Positions 28,532 to 37,028 of a stretch of DNA of 37,028 bases are shown piece after piece. A program made the position numbers and the translations under genes. The notes beneath the pieces were generated by a model, which saw only the letters and a program-made list of their open reading frames with translations, made no database searches and had not been told where the DNA came from. Within the stretch, counting starts at the first letter, position 1; every line of letters starts with the position of its first letter. Origin of the DNA: Gemmatimonadaceae bacterium (GTDB lineage Bacteria > Gemmatimonadota > Gemmatimonadetes > Gemmatimonadales > Gemmatimonadaceae). Where the stretch lies: positions 146,201 to 183,228 of the forward strand of contig JBBDYC010000001.1 of the NCBI GenBank assembly GCA_040901985.1, given 5' to 3'.

Positions 28532-30622
28532 CTATGCGCAGAGGAGTGCCGCGATCTCCGCCACGATCTCCTCCACGCCGGGGAGGACTGCCTCGAGAAG
28601 GTCGGGGTGGTAGGGCATCGGGATGTCGCGCGGGGCCAGGCGCCGCACCGGGGCGTCGAGGTGCCAGAACGCCTCCTGCGCCACGGTCGCCGCGATCTCG
28701 GCGCCGAACCCGGCGGTGAGATTGTCCTCGTGGACAATCAAACAGCGGCCGGTCTTTGTCACTGAGTCAAGCACGGCGGCACGATCCCACGGCGCAATCG
28801 TGCGGAGGTCGAGCAGCGTCGCGTCGGCGCCGGCGCGCTCGACCGCCTCGGCGCACCGATGCACCATCGCGCCCCAGGTCACGAGCGTGAGCGCCCGGCC
28901 CTCGCGCAGCAAGTTGGCGCGGCCAAACGGGAGCACATAGTCGTCCCCCGGATAATGCGCGCTGCCGTCGCCGGTCATCAGCAGCGACCGGTGCTCAAAG
29001 AAGATCGTCGGGTTCGGGCTCCGCATCGCCGCGCGGAGGAGGCCGACGGCGTCGGCGGCATTCGACGGCATCACCACCTGCCAGCCGTAGGCGTGGGCAA
29101 AGCGGACCTCGTCGCTCAGGCTGTGCCAGGGGTCGCCGACATCCTTGCCGAACCCGCCCGGCATCCGCACCACGATCGGCGCCGCAAAGCGGTTGGCGGT
29201 GCGCCAGCGGAGCGTACCGATGTTGTTGAGCTGCTCGGTGGCGGGGTCGGCGTACTTCCGGAACTGGATCTCGGCCACCGGCATCAACCCGCTGACCGCG
29301 AGGCCCACCGCGCGGCCGATGATCCCCTCCTCGGAGAGACTCGTGTCGAACACCCGGTGCGCGCCGAACTGTTTCTGCAATCCCTCGGTGACGAGATGCA
29401 CACCGCCCTTCCGTCCGACATCCTCGCCGAAGACGACGACCTTCGGATTCACCGTCAGCTCGTGGCGCAGCGTCCGCTTGATCGCCTCGGCCACGCGGAG
29501 CAGGTCACCGCCGCCCTTCGGCCGGTCGGTGGAGCGGGACGCCGCGCGCTCGGCGCGCGACAGGCCGCCGAACGCCTCGGGGGCACCGGGAGCGTCGTTG
29601 GCGTAGACGTATTCGGCAATCCGCGCCGGGTCGGGCTTCTTGCGGGCGCGGGCGGCGGCGAGCGCGCGGTCCACGTCGCGCGCGACCTCCGTCTCGATCT
29701 CGCTCCAGGCGGTGGCGCCCAGCACCTTCGGGACGAGGAACCTGTGGAGGCGCGGCAGGGGGTCGCGCGCCTGGTCGGCGGCGATCTCCTTGTCGGTCCG
29801 GTAGCCCTTCTGGTTGTCGGGGCCGGAGTGGCTGGAGAGGCGCGGCACGGCGAGGCGGACAAGGGCTGGGCCGTGGCCGGCCCGAACGTGCTCGACCGAC
29901 TCGGTGAGCAGCTGCGCCGAACGCTCGGGGTCGGTCCCGTCGCCGTCGCGGACGAAGAGATCGCCGAACGCGGCGAGATTCCTCGCGATGTTCCCGCCGG
30001 GCGTCTGCATCTCGCCCCGTACCGAGATGCCGAGGTCGTTATCCTCGATGTAGAAGAGCATCGGGAGCCTGAGCGTGGTGGCCATCGTGAGCGCCGACCA
30101 GAACCCGTTCGTGGCCACGGACGCCTCGCCGCCGAGCGCCACGCCGATTGCGCCGTTGAAGGCGCTGTCCTTGAGGATGTCGCGATGGTACGTGATGGCC
30201 TGGGCCCAGCCGGCGGTCGGCGTGTACTGCGAGCCGACGTCACCGGACATCGGCAGGACGACCGGGCCGTCGCGGTTGGGGAGATTGCAGACGACCCCGA
30301 TGTCGCGGCCGTCGGAGAATCCGCCGGCGCGCCCGAGCGGTGAGCCGAGCGCGTCCTCGAGGGTGAGGCCAAGGGCGAGCAGGAGCGGCCGGTTCCGGTA
30401 GTACGCCCCCGCGGCATCGCGCTTGCCGGTCAGCAGCGTCCCGAGGATGACCTGTGCCACGTCGTGCCCGCGCGCCGAGAACTGGTAGAGGACGACGTGA
30501 TCCTTCGGTACCGTCGCGCGATTGCGGTTGGTGGACTCCTCGATTTCATCGAGGGCGCGCGAGGCGAGGACGTGGTAGGCGACGCGTCGCCAGTCAATCG
30601 CCTTCGGTGGCTTGGGCGGCAT
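28532..30622 (-). CDS. Fused E1 alpha/beta 2-oxoacid dehydrogenase (ThDP-dependent)
   Basis: Alpha part: SARGH, YYR, GGEAS...EDN ThDP motif, RLSSHSGPD. Beta part: GEDVG..GGV, FDTSLSE, EIQF..Y, WHS, DLRTIAPWD, VHED. Confidence 0.92.
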   Translation of the reverse strand: MPPKPPKAIDWRRVAYHVLASRALDEIEESTNRNRATVPKDHVVLYQFSARGHDVAQVILGTLLTGKRDAAGAYYRNRPLLLALGLTLEDALGSPLGRAGGFSDGRDIGVVCNLPNRDGPVVLPMSGDVGSQYTPTAGWAQAITYHRDILKDSAFNGAIGVALGGEASVATNGFWSALTMATTLRLPMLFYIEDNDLGISVRGEMQTPGGNIARNLAAFGDLFVRDGDGTDPERSAQLLTESVEHVRAGHGPALVRLAVPRLSSHSGPDNQKGYRTDKEIAADQARDPLPRLHRFLVPKVLGATAWSEIETEVARDVDRALAAARARKKPDPARIAEYVYANDAPGAPEAFGGLSRAERAASRSTDRPKGGGDLLRVAEAIKRTLRHELTVNPKVVVFGEDVGRKGGVHLVTEGLQKQFGAHRVFDTSLSEEGIIGRAVGLAVSGLMPVAEIQFRKYADPATEQLNNIGTLRWRTANRFAAPIVVRMPGGFGKDVGDPWHSLSDEVRFAHAYGWQVVMPSNAADAVGLLRAAMRSPNPTIFFEHRSLLMTGDGSAHYPGDDYVLPFGRANLLREGRALTLVTWGAMVHRCAEAVERAGADATLLDLRTIAPWDRAAVLDSVTKTGRCLIVHEDNLTAGFGAEIAATVAQEAFWHLDAPVRRLAPRDIPMPYHPDLLEAVLPGVEEIVAEIAALLCA

Positions 30623-30723
30623 GGGGGAAATCTGTTTGGAGGGCGGGGAACCGCAACTACGGCGGCAGCGGCGTGCACGCCGAGCCCTCGCCGCACGACT
30701 CGCCGGTGAGGTAGATTCCCCGC

Positions 30724-31515
30724 ATGTCGTCCCCGACGATCCTCACGGAGTGTTCCGACGGCGTCCTGGGCATCACGCTCAATCGTCCCGACGTCCTCAA
30801 CAGCTTCCATAGCGGGATGGCGCAGGAGATGCAGCAGGCGCTGGCACGCGCGGGTTCGGACGACGCGGTGCGCGCGGTGTTGATCACCGGCGCCGGCCGC
30901 GGGTTCTGCGCCGGCCAGGACCTCCAGGAGGCGCTGCCCGCCGGGGACGGGCCGATTCCCGACATCGGTGAGATCGTCAAGGCGAGCTACAACCCGATCA
31001 TCCGCGCCATTCGAGCGCTGGAGAAACCGGTGATCTGCGCGGTGAACGGCGTGGCCGCCGGCGCCGGCGCCAACCTCGCCTTTGCCTGCGACCTCACGAT
31101 TGCCGCCGAGGAGGCCACGTTCGTCGAGAGTTTCGCCAAGCTTGGCCTCATCCCCGACACGAGCGGCACCTTCTTCGTGCCCCGCCTGATTGGGCCGCAG
31201 CGGGCAACGGGGATGTTCTTCCTCGCCGGGAAAGTCAGCGCCGCGCGGGCCAAGGAGTGGGGATTGATCTGGGACGTGGTGCCGCTTGCCGAGTTGATGG
31301 GGACGGCGCGTGCGCTGGCGGTCTCGCTCGCCGGCCAGGCGACCCGGGGATTCGGCCTGACCAAGCGCGCGATGAACGCCTCGTGGGCCAACGACCTCAC
31401 GGCGCAGCTCGACGTCGAGGCGCAGGCGATGCACGAGGCGGGGCGAACGGCGGATTACGCAGAAGGCGTCCGCGCCTTTCTCGAGAAGCGAACGCCCGTC
31501 TACCGGGGCGCCTGA
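30724..31515 (+). CDS. paaG: 2-(1,2-epoxy-1,2-dihydrophenyl)acetyl-CoA isomerase
   Basis: LNRPDVLNSF, GRGFCAGQDL, YNPII, VNGVAAGAGANLA, GLIPD (catalytic Asp), DYAEGVRAF; paa context. Confidence 0.9.
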   Translation: MSSPTILTECSDGVLGITLNRPDVLNSFHSGMAQEMQQALARAGSDDAVRAVLITGAGRGFCAGQDLQEALPAGDGPIPDIGEIVKASYNPIIRAIRALEKPVICAVNGVAAGAGANLAFACDLTIAAEEATFVESFAKLGLIPDTSGTFFVPRLIGPQRATGMFFLAGKVSAARAKEWGLIWDVVPLAELMGTARALAVSLAGQATRGFGLTKRAMNASWANDLTAQLDVEAQAMHEAGRTADYAEGVRAFLEKRTPVYRGA

Positions 31516-31517
31516 GC

Positions 31518-32732
31518 GTGACTGGCGGCGGTCCCCTCGGCAGGGAGGCGGTGATCGGCGTCGTCGGCGCCGGCGCGATGGGCGCCGGCATCGCGCAGGT
31601 CGCGGCGATGCAGGGGCATCGGGTGGTGCTCGCCGACGCGTCGGGTGCCGCCATCGGGCGCGCCACCGACGGCCATCGGCAGGCGATGGCGCGCGAGGTG
31701 CAGCGGAATCGCCTGACGCGGGCCGACGCCGATGCCGTGCTCGCGCGGATCACGGCCGTCGGCAGCGGCGTCGGCGGCGTCGGCGGCGCCGAGCTCGCGG
31801 CCTTTGCGCCGTGCCGGTTCGTGATCGAGGCCGTGGTCGAGGAGCTGACGGTCAAGCAGGAGCTCTTTCGCGCACTTGAGCGCGTGGTGATGCCGGACGC
31901 GATTCTCGCGACGAACACGTCGTCGCTCTCGGTGGCCGCGATTGCCGGCGCCTGCGCCCGCCCGGAGCGCGTCGTCGGCGTCCACTTCTTCAATCCGGCG
32001 CCGGTGATGCCGTTGGTGGAGATCATCCCGGCGATCGCGACGGCCGATGCCGTGACCGCCGCCGCGCGCTCACTCGTGGACACGTGGGGCAAGGTCACCG
32101 TCGTCGCCTCCGATACGCCTGGCTTCATCGTCAACCGGATCGCCCGGCCATACTACGGCGAGGCGCTACGGATCCTCGAGGAGGGGATCGCCGACTGCGC
32201 GACGATTGACTGGGCGATGCGTGAGCTCGGCGGATTCAGGATGGGGCCGTTCGAACTGATGGACTTCATTGGCAACGACGTCAACTATGCGGTCACGCGG
32301 TCGGTGTTCGAGGGGATGTTTTTCGACCCGCGCTATCGGCCCGCGCTGACGCAGCGGCGGCTCGTCGAGTCGGGCCGGCTCGGCAAGAAGTCCGGGCGCG
32401 GCCATTACGATTATCGCGACGGCGCCACGGTGCCGACGCCGGCGACCGATGCCGCGCTGGGGCGCGCGATCGTGGATCGGATCGTCGCGATGCTGATCAA
32501 CGAGGCGGTGGACGCGGTGCAGATGCGCGTGGCCTCGCCGGCGGACATCGAGGTCGCGATGACGAAGGGCGTCAACTATCCGCGCGGCCTGCTTGCCTGG
32601 GGCGACGCGCTCGGCGCCGGCGCGGTGCTGGCGACGCTCGAGGCGCTGCAGCAGGAGTACGGCGAGGACCGGTATCGTCCGAGTCCGCTCCTCCGCCGGA
32701 TCGCCGCGCGCGGTGGGAGACTGCTCGCGTGA
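31518..32732 (+). CDS. paaH: 3-hydroxyacyl-CoA (3-hydroxyadipyl-CoA) dehydrogenase
   Basis: [48 protein letters not shown], second C-terminal domain GVNYPRG...YRPSP. Confidence 0.9.
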   Translation: MTGGGPLGREAVIGVVGAGAMGAGIAQVAAMQGHRVVLADASGAAIGRATDGHRQAMAREVQRNRLTRADADAVLARITAVGSGVGGVGGAELAAFAPCRFVIEAVVEELTVKQELFRALERVVMPDAILATNTSSLSVAAIAGACARPERVVGVHFFNPAPVMPLVEIIPAIATADAVTAAARSLVDTWGKVTVVASDTPGFIVNRIARPYYGEALRILEEGIADCATIDWAMRELGGFRMGPFELMDFIGNDVNYAVTRSVFEGMFFDPRYRPALTQRRLVESGRLGKKSGRGHYDYRDGATVPTPATDAALGRAIVDRIVAMLINEAVDAVQMRVASPADIEVAMTKGVNYPRGLLAWGDALGAGAVLATLEALQQEYGEDRYRPSPLLRRIAARGGRLLA

Positions 32733-33163
32733 CCGACGCCGACGCCAAGGCCCGCGCGGTCGTCGAGCGGATGATGGCCACCGACGCGTTCTCCCGCTGG
32801 CTGGGAGTCGAGGTGCTGGAGGTCGGCGTGAAGCGGGCGACGATCCGGATGACCGTGCGGCCGGAGATGGTGAACGGGTTCGGCACCGCGCACGGCGGAA
32901 TCGTCTACGCCCTGTCCGACAGCGCGATTGCCTTCTGCTGCAACTCCAACGGCGAGATCTCGGTGGCGCTCGACTGCTCGTGCAGCTATCCGGCGGCGGT
33001 GCGTCCAGGCGACGTGCTCACCGCGGTGGCCATCGAGGAGTCGAGCACGCGCAAGGTCGGATTCGCGGCCGTGACCACCCGCAATCAGGACGGCGTGATC
33101 GTCGGCCACTTCCGCGGCACCGTGTACCGCACCGGCAAGCCGCTCTTTCCGGGGACACCGTGA
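32729..33163 (+). CDS. paaI: Hotdog-fold acyl-CoA thioesterase
   Basis: [19 protein letters not shown]...LSDSA, FRGTVYR. Confidence 0.9.
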   Translation: MTDADAKARAVVERMMATDAFSRWLGVEVLEVGVKRATIRMTVRPEMVNGFGTAHGGIVYALSDSAIAFCCNSNGEISVALDCSCSYPAAVRPGDVLTAVAIEESSTRKVGFAAVTTRNQDGVIVGHFRGTVYRTGKPLFPGTP

Positions 33164-34389
33164 CCGCCCCCGGCAAGCTGACGGCCGCTTTCCTCGTGGA
33201 CGGCGTGCGCACGCCAATCGGCAGCCTCGGGGGCGCGCTCGGCGCCGTCCGCACCGACGACCTCGCCGCGCACGTGATCCGCGCGCTCGTCGCGCGCCAC
33301 GCCGCGCTCGACCCCGCGCGCATTGCCGACGTCGTGCTGGGCTGTGCGAACCAGGCGGGCGAGGACAATCGCAACGTCGCCCGGATGGCGGCGTTGTTGG
33401 CCGGACTGCCGGTCACGGTGCCGGGCGAGACGGTCAACCGCCTTTGCGCGTCGGGGCTGAGCGCGGTGGCGAACGCGGCGCGTGCGATCAAGGCGGGCGA
33501 GGGCGACCTGTACGTGGCCGGCGGCGTGGAGTCAATGTCGCGCGCGCCGTACGTGATGAACAAGAGCGCGCAGCCGTTCGGCCGCGATATGCAGCTCTAC
33601 GACACCACGCTCGGCTGGCGCTTCGTGAATCCGGCGATGCAGGCCGCGCACGGCACCGACTCGATGGGCGAGACGGCGGAGAACGTCGCCGAGCAGTACG
33701 GGGTGACCCGCGCCGACCAGGATGCGTTTGCGCTACGGTCGCAGCAGCGCGCGGCGGCGGCGCGGAGCGGCGGACGGCACGCCGAGGAGATCGTGGCGGT
33801 CGAGGTGCCGCAGCGGAAGGGCGCGGCGGTCCGCGTCGCCGACGACGAGTTCCTCCGCCCCGACACCACGCTGGCGACCCTCGCCAAGCTCAAGCCGGCG
33901 TTCCGCCACGACGGGAAGGGGAGCGTCACGGCGGGGAACAGTTCGGGGCTCAACGACGGCGCGGCGGCGCTGCTGCTGGCGTCGGAGCGCGCGGCGAAGG
34001 ACCTCGGGCTCACGCCGGCGGCGCGCGTCGTCGCGAGCGCGGCGGCGGGCGTGGCGCCGCGCCTGATGGGCATGGGCCCGGTGCCGGCCACGCGGGCGGT
34101 GCTGGCGCTCGCCGGGCTCACGCTCGAGGAGATGGACGTGATCGAGCTCAACGAGGCCTTCGCCGCACAAGGTCTCGCCTGCCTCCGCGAGCTCGGCATC
34201 CCCGACAACGACGCGCGCGTGAATCCGAACGGCGGTGCGATCGCGCTCGGCCACCCGCTTGGAATGAGCGGAGCACGGCTCGCGCTGACGGCGCTGCGCG
34301 AGTTGCAGCGCCGCAAGGGGCGTTACGCCCTCTGCACGATGTGCATCGGCGTCGGCCAGGGGTTCGCGCTCCTCCTCGAGCGTGTCTGA
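33160..34389 (+). CDS. paaJ: 3-oxoadipyl-CoA/3-oxo-5,6-dehydrosuberyl-CoA thiolase (PaaJ/PcaF)
   Basis: [40 protein letters not shown]. Confidence 0.93.
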   Translation: MTAPGKLTAAFLVDGVRTPIGSLGGALGAVRTDDLAAHVIRALVARHAALDPARIADVVLGCANQAGEDNRNVARMAALLAGLPVTVPGETVNRLCASGLSAVANAARAIKAGEGDLYVAGGVESMSRAPYVMNKSAQPFGRDMQLYDTTLGWRFVNPAMQAAHGTDSMGETAENVAEQYGVTRADQDAFALRSQQRAAAARSGGRHAEEIVAVEVPQRKGAAVRVADDEFLRPDTTLATLAKLKPAFRHDGKGSVTAGNSSGLNDGAAALLLASERAAKDLGLTPAARVVASAAAGVAPRLMGMGPVPATRAVLALAGLTLEEMDVIELNEAFAAQGLACLRELGIPDNDARVNPNGGAIALGHPLGMSGARLALTALRELQRRKGRYALCTMCIGVGQGFALLLERV

Positions 34390-34399
34390 GGGTGGCGCA

Positions 34400-34996
34400 A
34401 TGATCTATGCCTTCGACGGCTTCGTCCCGGTGGTGCACGAGAGCGCCTTCGTCCACCCGCTGGCGACGGTGACCGGGAACGTGACGATCGGCCGCGACGT
34501 GTATATCGGGCCCGGCGCAGCGGTCCGCGGCGACTGGGGCGGAATCGTGATCGAGGACGGCTGCAACGTCCAGGAGAATTGCACCATTCATATGTTTCCC
34601 GGCGTGACCGTCGTCCTCGAGGCCGGTGCGCATCTCGGCCACGGCGCGATTGTCCACGGTGCGCGGATCGGCGCCAACGCACTGATCGGGATGAACGCAG
34701 TGGTGATGGACAACGCGGTGGTCGGGAGTGGGAGCATCGTCGGCGCGCTCTGCTTCGTGCCGACCGAGATGCAGATTCCGCCGCGCAGCGTGGTCGTCGG
34801 CAACCCGGCCAAGATCGTGAAGGAAGTCACCGACGAGATGCTCGCCTGGAAATCGGACGGCACGGCGCTCTACCAACAGCTCCCGGCGGCAATGCGCGCC
34901 ACCTGGCGCGAGGTGGAACCGCTGCGCGAGGCGCCGGCTGACCGGCCGGCCCAGTCCAACGCCCTCAAGACGTGGAAGGAGACGAAGGCACGATGA
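34400..34996 (+). CDS. paaY: Hexapeptide-repeat gamma-carbonic-anhydrase-like protein
   Basis: PVVHESAFVHP, RGDWG, NVQENCTIH, GHGAIVHG; paa context. Confidence 0.88.
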   Translation: MIYAFDGFVPVVHESAFVHPLATVTGNVTIGRDVYIGPGAAVRGDWGGIVIEDGCNVQENCTIHMFPGVTVVLEAGAHLGHGAIVHGARIGANALIGMNAVVMDNAVVGSGSIVGALCFVPTEMQIPPRSVVVGNPAKIVKEVTDEMLAWKSDGTALYQQLPAAMRATWREVEPLREAPADRPAQSNALKTWKETKAR

Positions 34997-37028
34997 TGCT
35001 CGGGAACTACGCGCTCGGCGAATGGGTCGAGGGAACGGGAAAGGCCGCCGAGCTGTTTCACGCGGTGACCGGCGCGAAGGTCGCCGAGGCGTCGAGCGGC
35101 GGGCTCGACTTCAAGGCGATGGCCGCCTACGCGCGGAGCGTCGGCGGCCCCAAGTTGCGGGCGCTCACCTTCCACCAACGCGCGGCGCTCCTCAAGGCGC
35201 TGGCCAAGCACCTGCTGGAGCGGAAGGACGCCTTCTACGCCGTCTCGGCAGCGACCGGCGCGACCAAGCAAGACTCGTGGGTGGACATCGAGGGCGGGAT
35301 CGGCACGCTCTTCGCGTACTCGAGCCGTGGCCGGCGCGAGTTTCCCAACGAGACCTTCCACGTCGAGGGCCCGGTTGAGCCATTGTCGAAGGGCGGCACC
35401 TTCGTCGGTCGCCACATCGCGGTGCCGTTGGAGGGTGTCGCGATCCACATCAACGCCTTCAACTTCCCCTGCTGGGGGATGCTCGAGAAGCTGGCGCCGG
35501 CGTTGTTGGCCGGCGTGCCGTGCATCGTGAAGCCGGCCACCGCGACGAGCTTCCTGACCGAGGCGATGTTCCGGGAGATGGTCGCCGCCGAGATCCTCCC
35601 CGAGGGAGCCATCCAACTCATCTGCGGCAGCGCCGGCGACCTGCTCGACCACGTGACCGAGCAGGACGCGGTCGCCTTCACCGGCTCCGCCACGACCGGG
35701 CGGATGCTCAAGGAGGGCAAGGCGATTGTCGCGCACTCGGTGCGCTTCAACATGGAGGCCGATTCGCTCAATTGTTCGATCCTCGGGCCCGATGCGGCGC
35801 CGGGCACGGAGGAATTCGACCTCTTCGTCAAGGAGGTCGTGCGGGAGATGACGACGAAGGCCGGCCAGAAGTGCACCGCAATCCGGCGCACGATCGTCCC
35901 CGCGGGGATGGAGGAGGACGTCATCAAGGCGCTCCGCGCACGACTGGAGAAGACCGTCGTCGGGGACCCGGCGGTCGAGGGCGTCCGGATGGGGCCGCTG
36001 GCGAGCCGCGCGCAGGTGCGCGACGTTGGGGACGCGGCCGATCGCATCAAGCAGTCGGCCGAGCTGGTCTTCGGCGCCGCCGACTTCCCGGTGGTGGGCG
36101 CCGACCGCGAGAAAGGCGCGTTCTTCGGCCCGCGGTTGATGCATTGCGCCGACCCGTTCGGCCGCACCGAGCCACACGACATCGAGGCCTTCGGGCCGGT
36201 GAACACGGTGATGGCCTACCAGTCGCTCGACGACGCGATCGAACTGGCGCGGCGCGGCCGCGGCTCGCTCTGCGGGTCGCTCGTCACCGCCGACCCCGCC
36301 GTTGCGCGAAAGATCGTGGTCGGCGTCGCGCCGTATCACGGCCGCCTCCTCGTGCTCGACCGTTCGAGCGCCAAGGAGAGCACGGGCCACGGCTCCCCGC
36401 TGCCGAATCTCGTGCACGGCGGGCCCGGACGCGCCGGCGGCGGCGAGGAGCTCGGCGGCGCGCGCGGGGTGCTGCACTACATGCAGCGGACCGCGGTGCA
36501 GGGCAGCCCAACGATGATCACCGCCATCACCCGCGAGTGGTCCGCCGGGGCGGCGCAACGGTCGGACGCGATCCACCCGTTCCGGAAGACTTTCGACGAA
36601 CTCGAGATCGGCGACACGCTGCTCACGGACCGGCGGACGATCACACTCGACGACATCACACGCTTCGCCGAGTTGAGCGGCGACCGCTTCTACGCGCATA
36701 TGAACGACGAGGAGGCGCGGTCGAACGGGATCTTCGAGGGTCGGGTGGCACACGGCTACTTCATCGTCTCGGCGGCGGCCGGCCTGTTCGTGGAGCCGGC
36801 GCTGGGGCCGGTCCTCGCCAACTACGGGCTCGAGAAGCTGCGGTTCACCAAGCCGGTCTATCCGGGCGACGCGATCCAGGTGCGGCTGACGGTCAAGCAG
36901 AAGACCGCGAAGGACACCCCCGAGTCGGGGATCCCGCAGGGCGTGGTGGAGTGGGACGTGGACGTGCGCAACCAGCACGACGAGTCGGTGGCGCTCTACT
37001 CGATCCTCACGCTGGTGCGGCGCGCGTA
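34993..37028 (+). CDS. paaZ: Bifunctional oxepin-CoA hydrolase / aldehyde dehydrogenase (probable stop codon cut by window edge)
   Basis: Not in the ORF track; manual reading gives MMLGNYALGEW..., HINAFNFPCWGMLEK, FTGS, MEADSLN, GQKCTAIRR, EAFGP, HGSPLP, GRAGGGEELGG, and a MaoC domain (SGDRFYAH, AHGYF, NYGLEKLRF) ending LTLVRRA followed by TA at the edge. Confidence 0.95.
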   Translation, partial: MMLGNYALGEWVEGTGKAAELFHAVTGAKVAEASSGGLDFKAMAAYARSVGGPKLRALTFHQRAALLKALAKHLLERKDAFYAVSAATGATKQDSWVDIEGGIGTLFAYSSRGRREFPNETFHVEGPVEPLSKGGTFVGRHIAVPLEGVAIHINAFNFPCWGMLEKLAPALLAGVPCIVKPATATSFLTEAMFREMVAAEILPEGAIQLICGSAGDLLDHVTEQDAVAFTGSATTGRMLKEGKAIVAHSVRFNMEADSLNCSILGPDAAPGTEEFDLFVKEVVREMTTKAGQKCTAIRRTIVPAGMEEDVIKALRARLEKTVVGDPAVEGVRMGPLASRAQVRDVGDAADRIKQSAELVFGAADFPVVGADREKGAFFGPRLMHCADPFGRTEPHDIEAFGPVNTVMAYQSLDDAIELARRGRGSLCGSLVTADPAVARKIVVGVAPYHGRLLVLDRSSAKESTGHGSPLPNLVHGGPGRAGGGEELGGARGVLHYMQRTAVQGSPTMITAITREWSAGAAQRSDAIHPFRKTFDELEIGDTLLTDRRTITLDDITRFAELSGDRFYAHMNDEEARSNGIFEGRVAHGYFIVSAAAGLFVEPALGPVLANYGLEKLRFTKPVYPGDAIQVRLTVKQKTAKDTPESGIPQGVVEWDVDVRNQHDESVALYSILTLVRRA

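Noticed and set aside
34870..36978. 702-aa minus-strand ORF and other long antisense ORFs (e.g. 4249..5820, 18544..20025, 28859..30343)
   Set aside because: Shadow ORFs typical of high-GC DNA, opposite well-supported genes and without recognisable motifs.

Overview
High-GC bacterial window; the gene repertoire resembles Gemmatimonadota (inference, not verified). The left part holds a DUF3300 protein running off the window start, a DUF4342 protein, a lipoprotein and a MacB/ADOP-type ABC export set. The middle (about 8-24 kb) is a dense block of exported proteins: a signal-peptide-bearing RidA, two paralogous monoheme cytochromes c, a Tat-exported FAD amine oxidase-like gene broken by two in-frame TGA stops, two NHL beta-propellers, DUF885, a PQQ dehydrogenase, HupE/UreJ, S9 and S41 peptidases and an alpha/beta hydrolase. 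The right part (about 24-37 kb) is a phenylacetyl-CoA catabolic cluster (paaABCD, paaGHIJYZ) with no paaE, paaK or regulator in the window. It is flanked by a divergent Glu/Leu/Phe/Val-type dehydrogenase and interrupted by a fused E1alpha-beta 2-oxoacid dehydrogenase, which suggests a direct Phe -> phenylpyruvate -> phenylacetyl-CoA entry route. Six genes in this region have a -10-like hexamer 5-7 nt before the start codon, suggesting leaderless transcription. No rRNA, tRNA, CRISPR array or mobile element was recognised.
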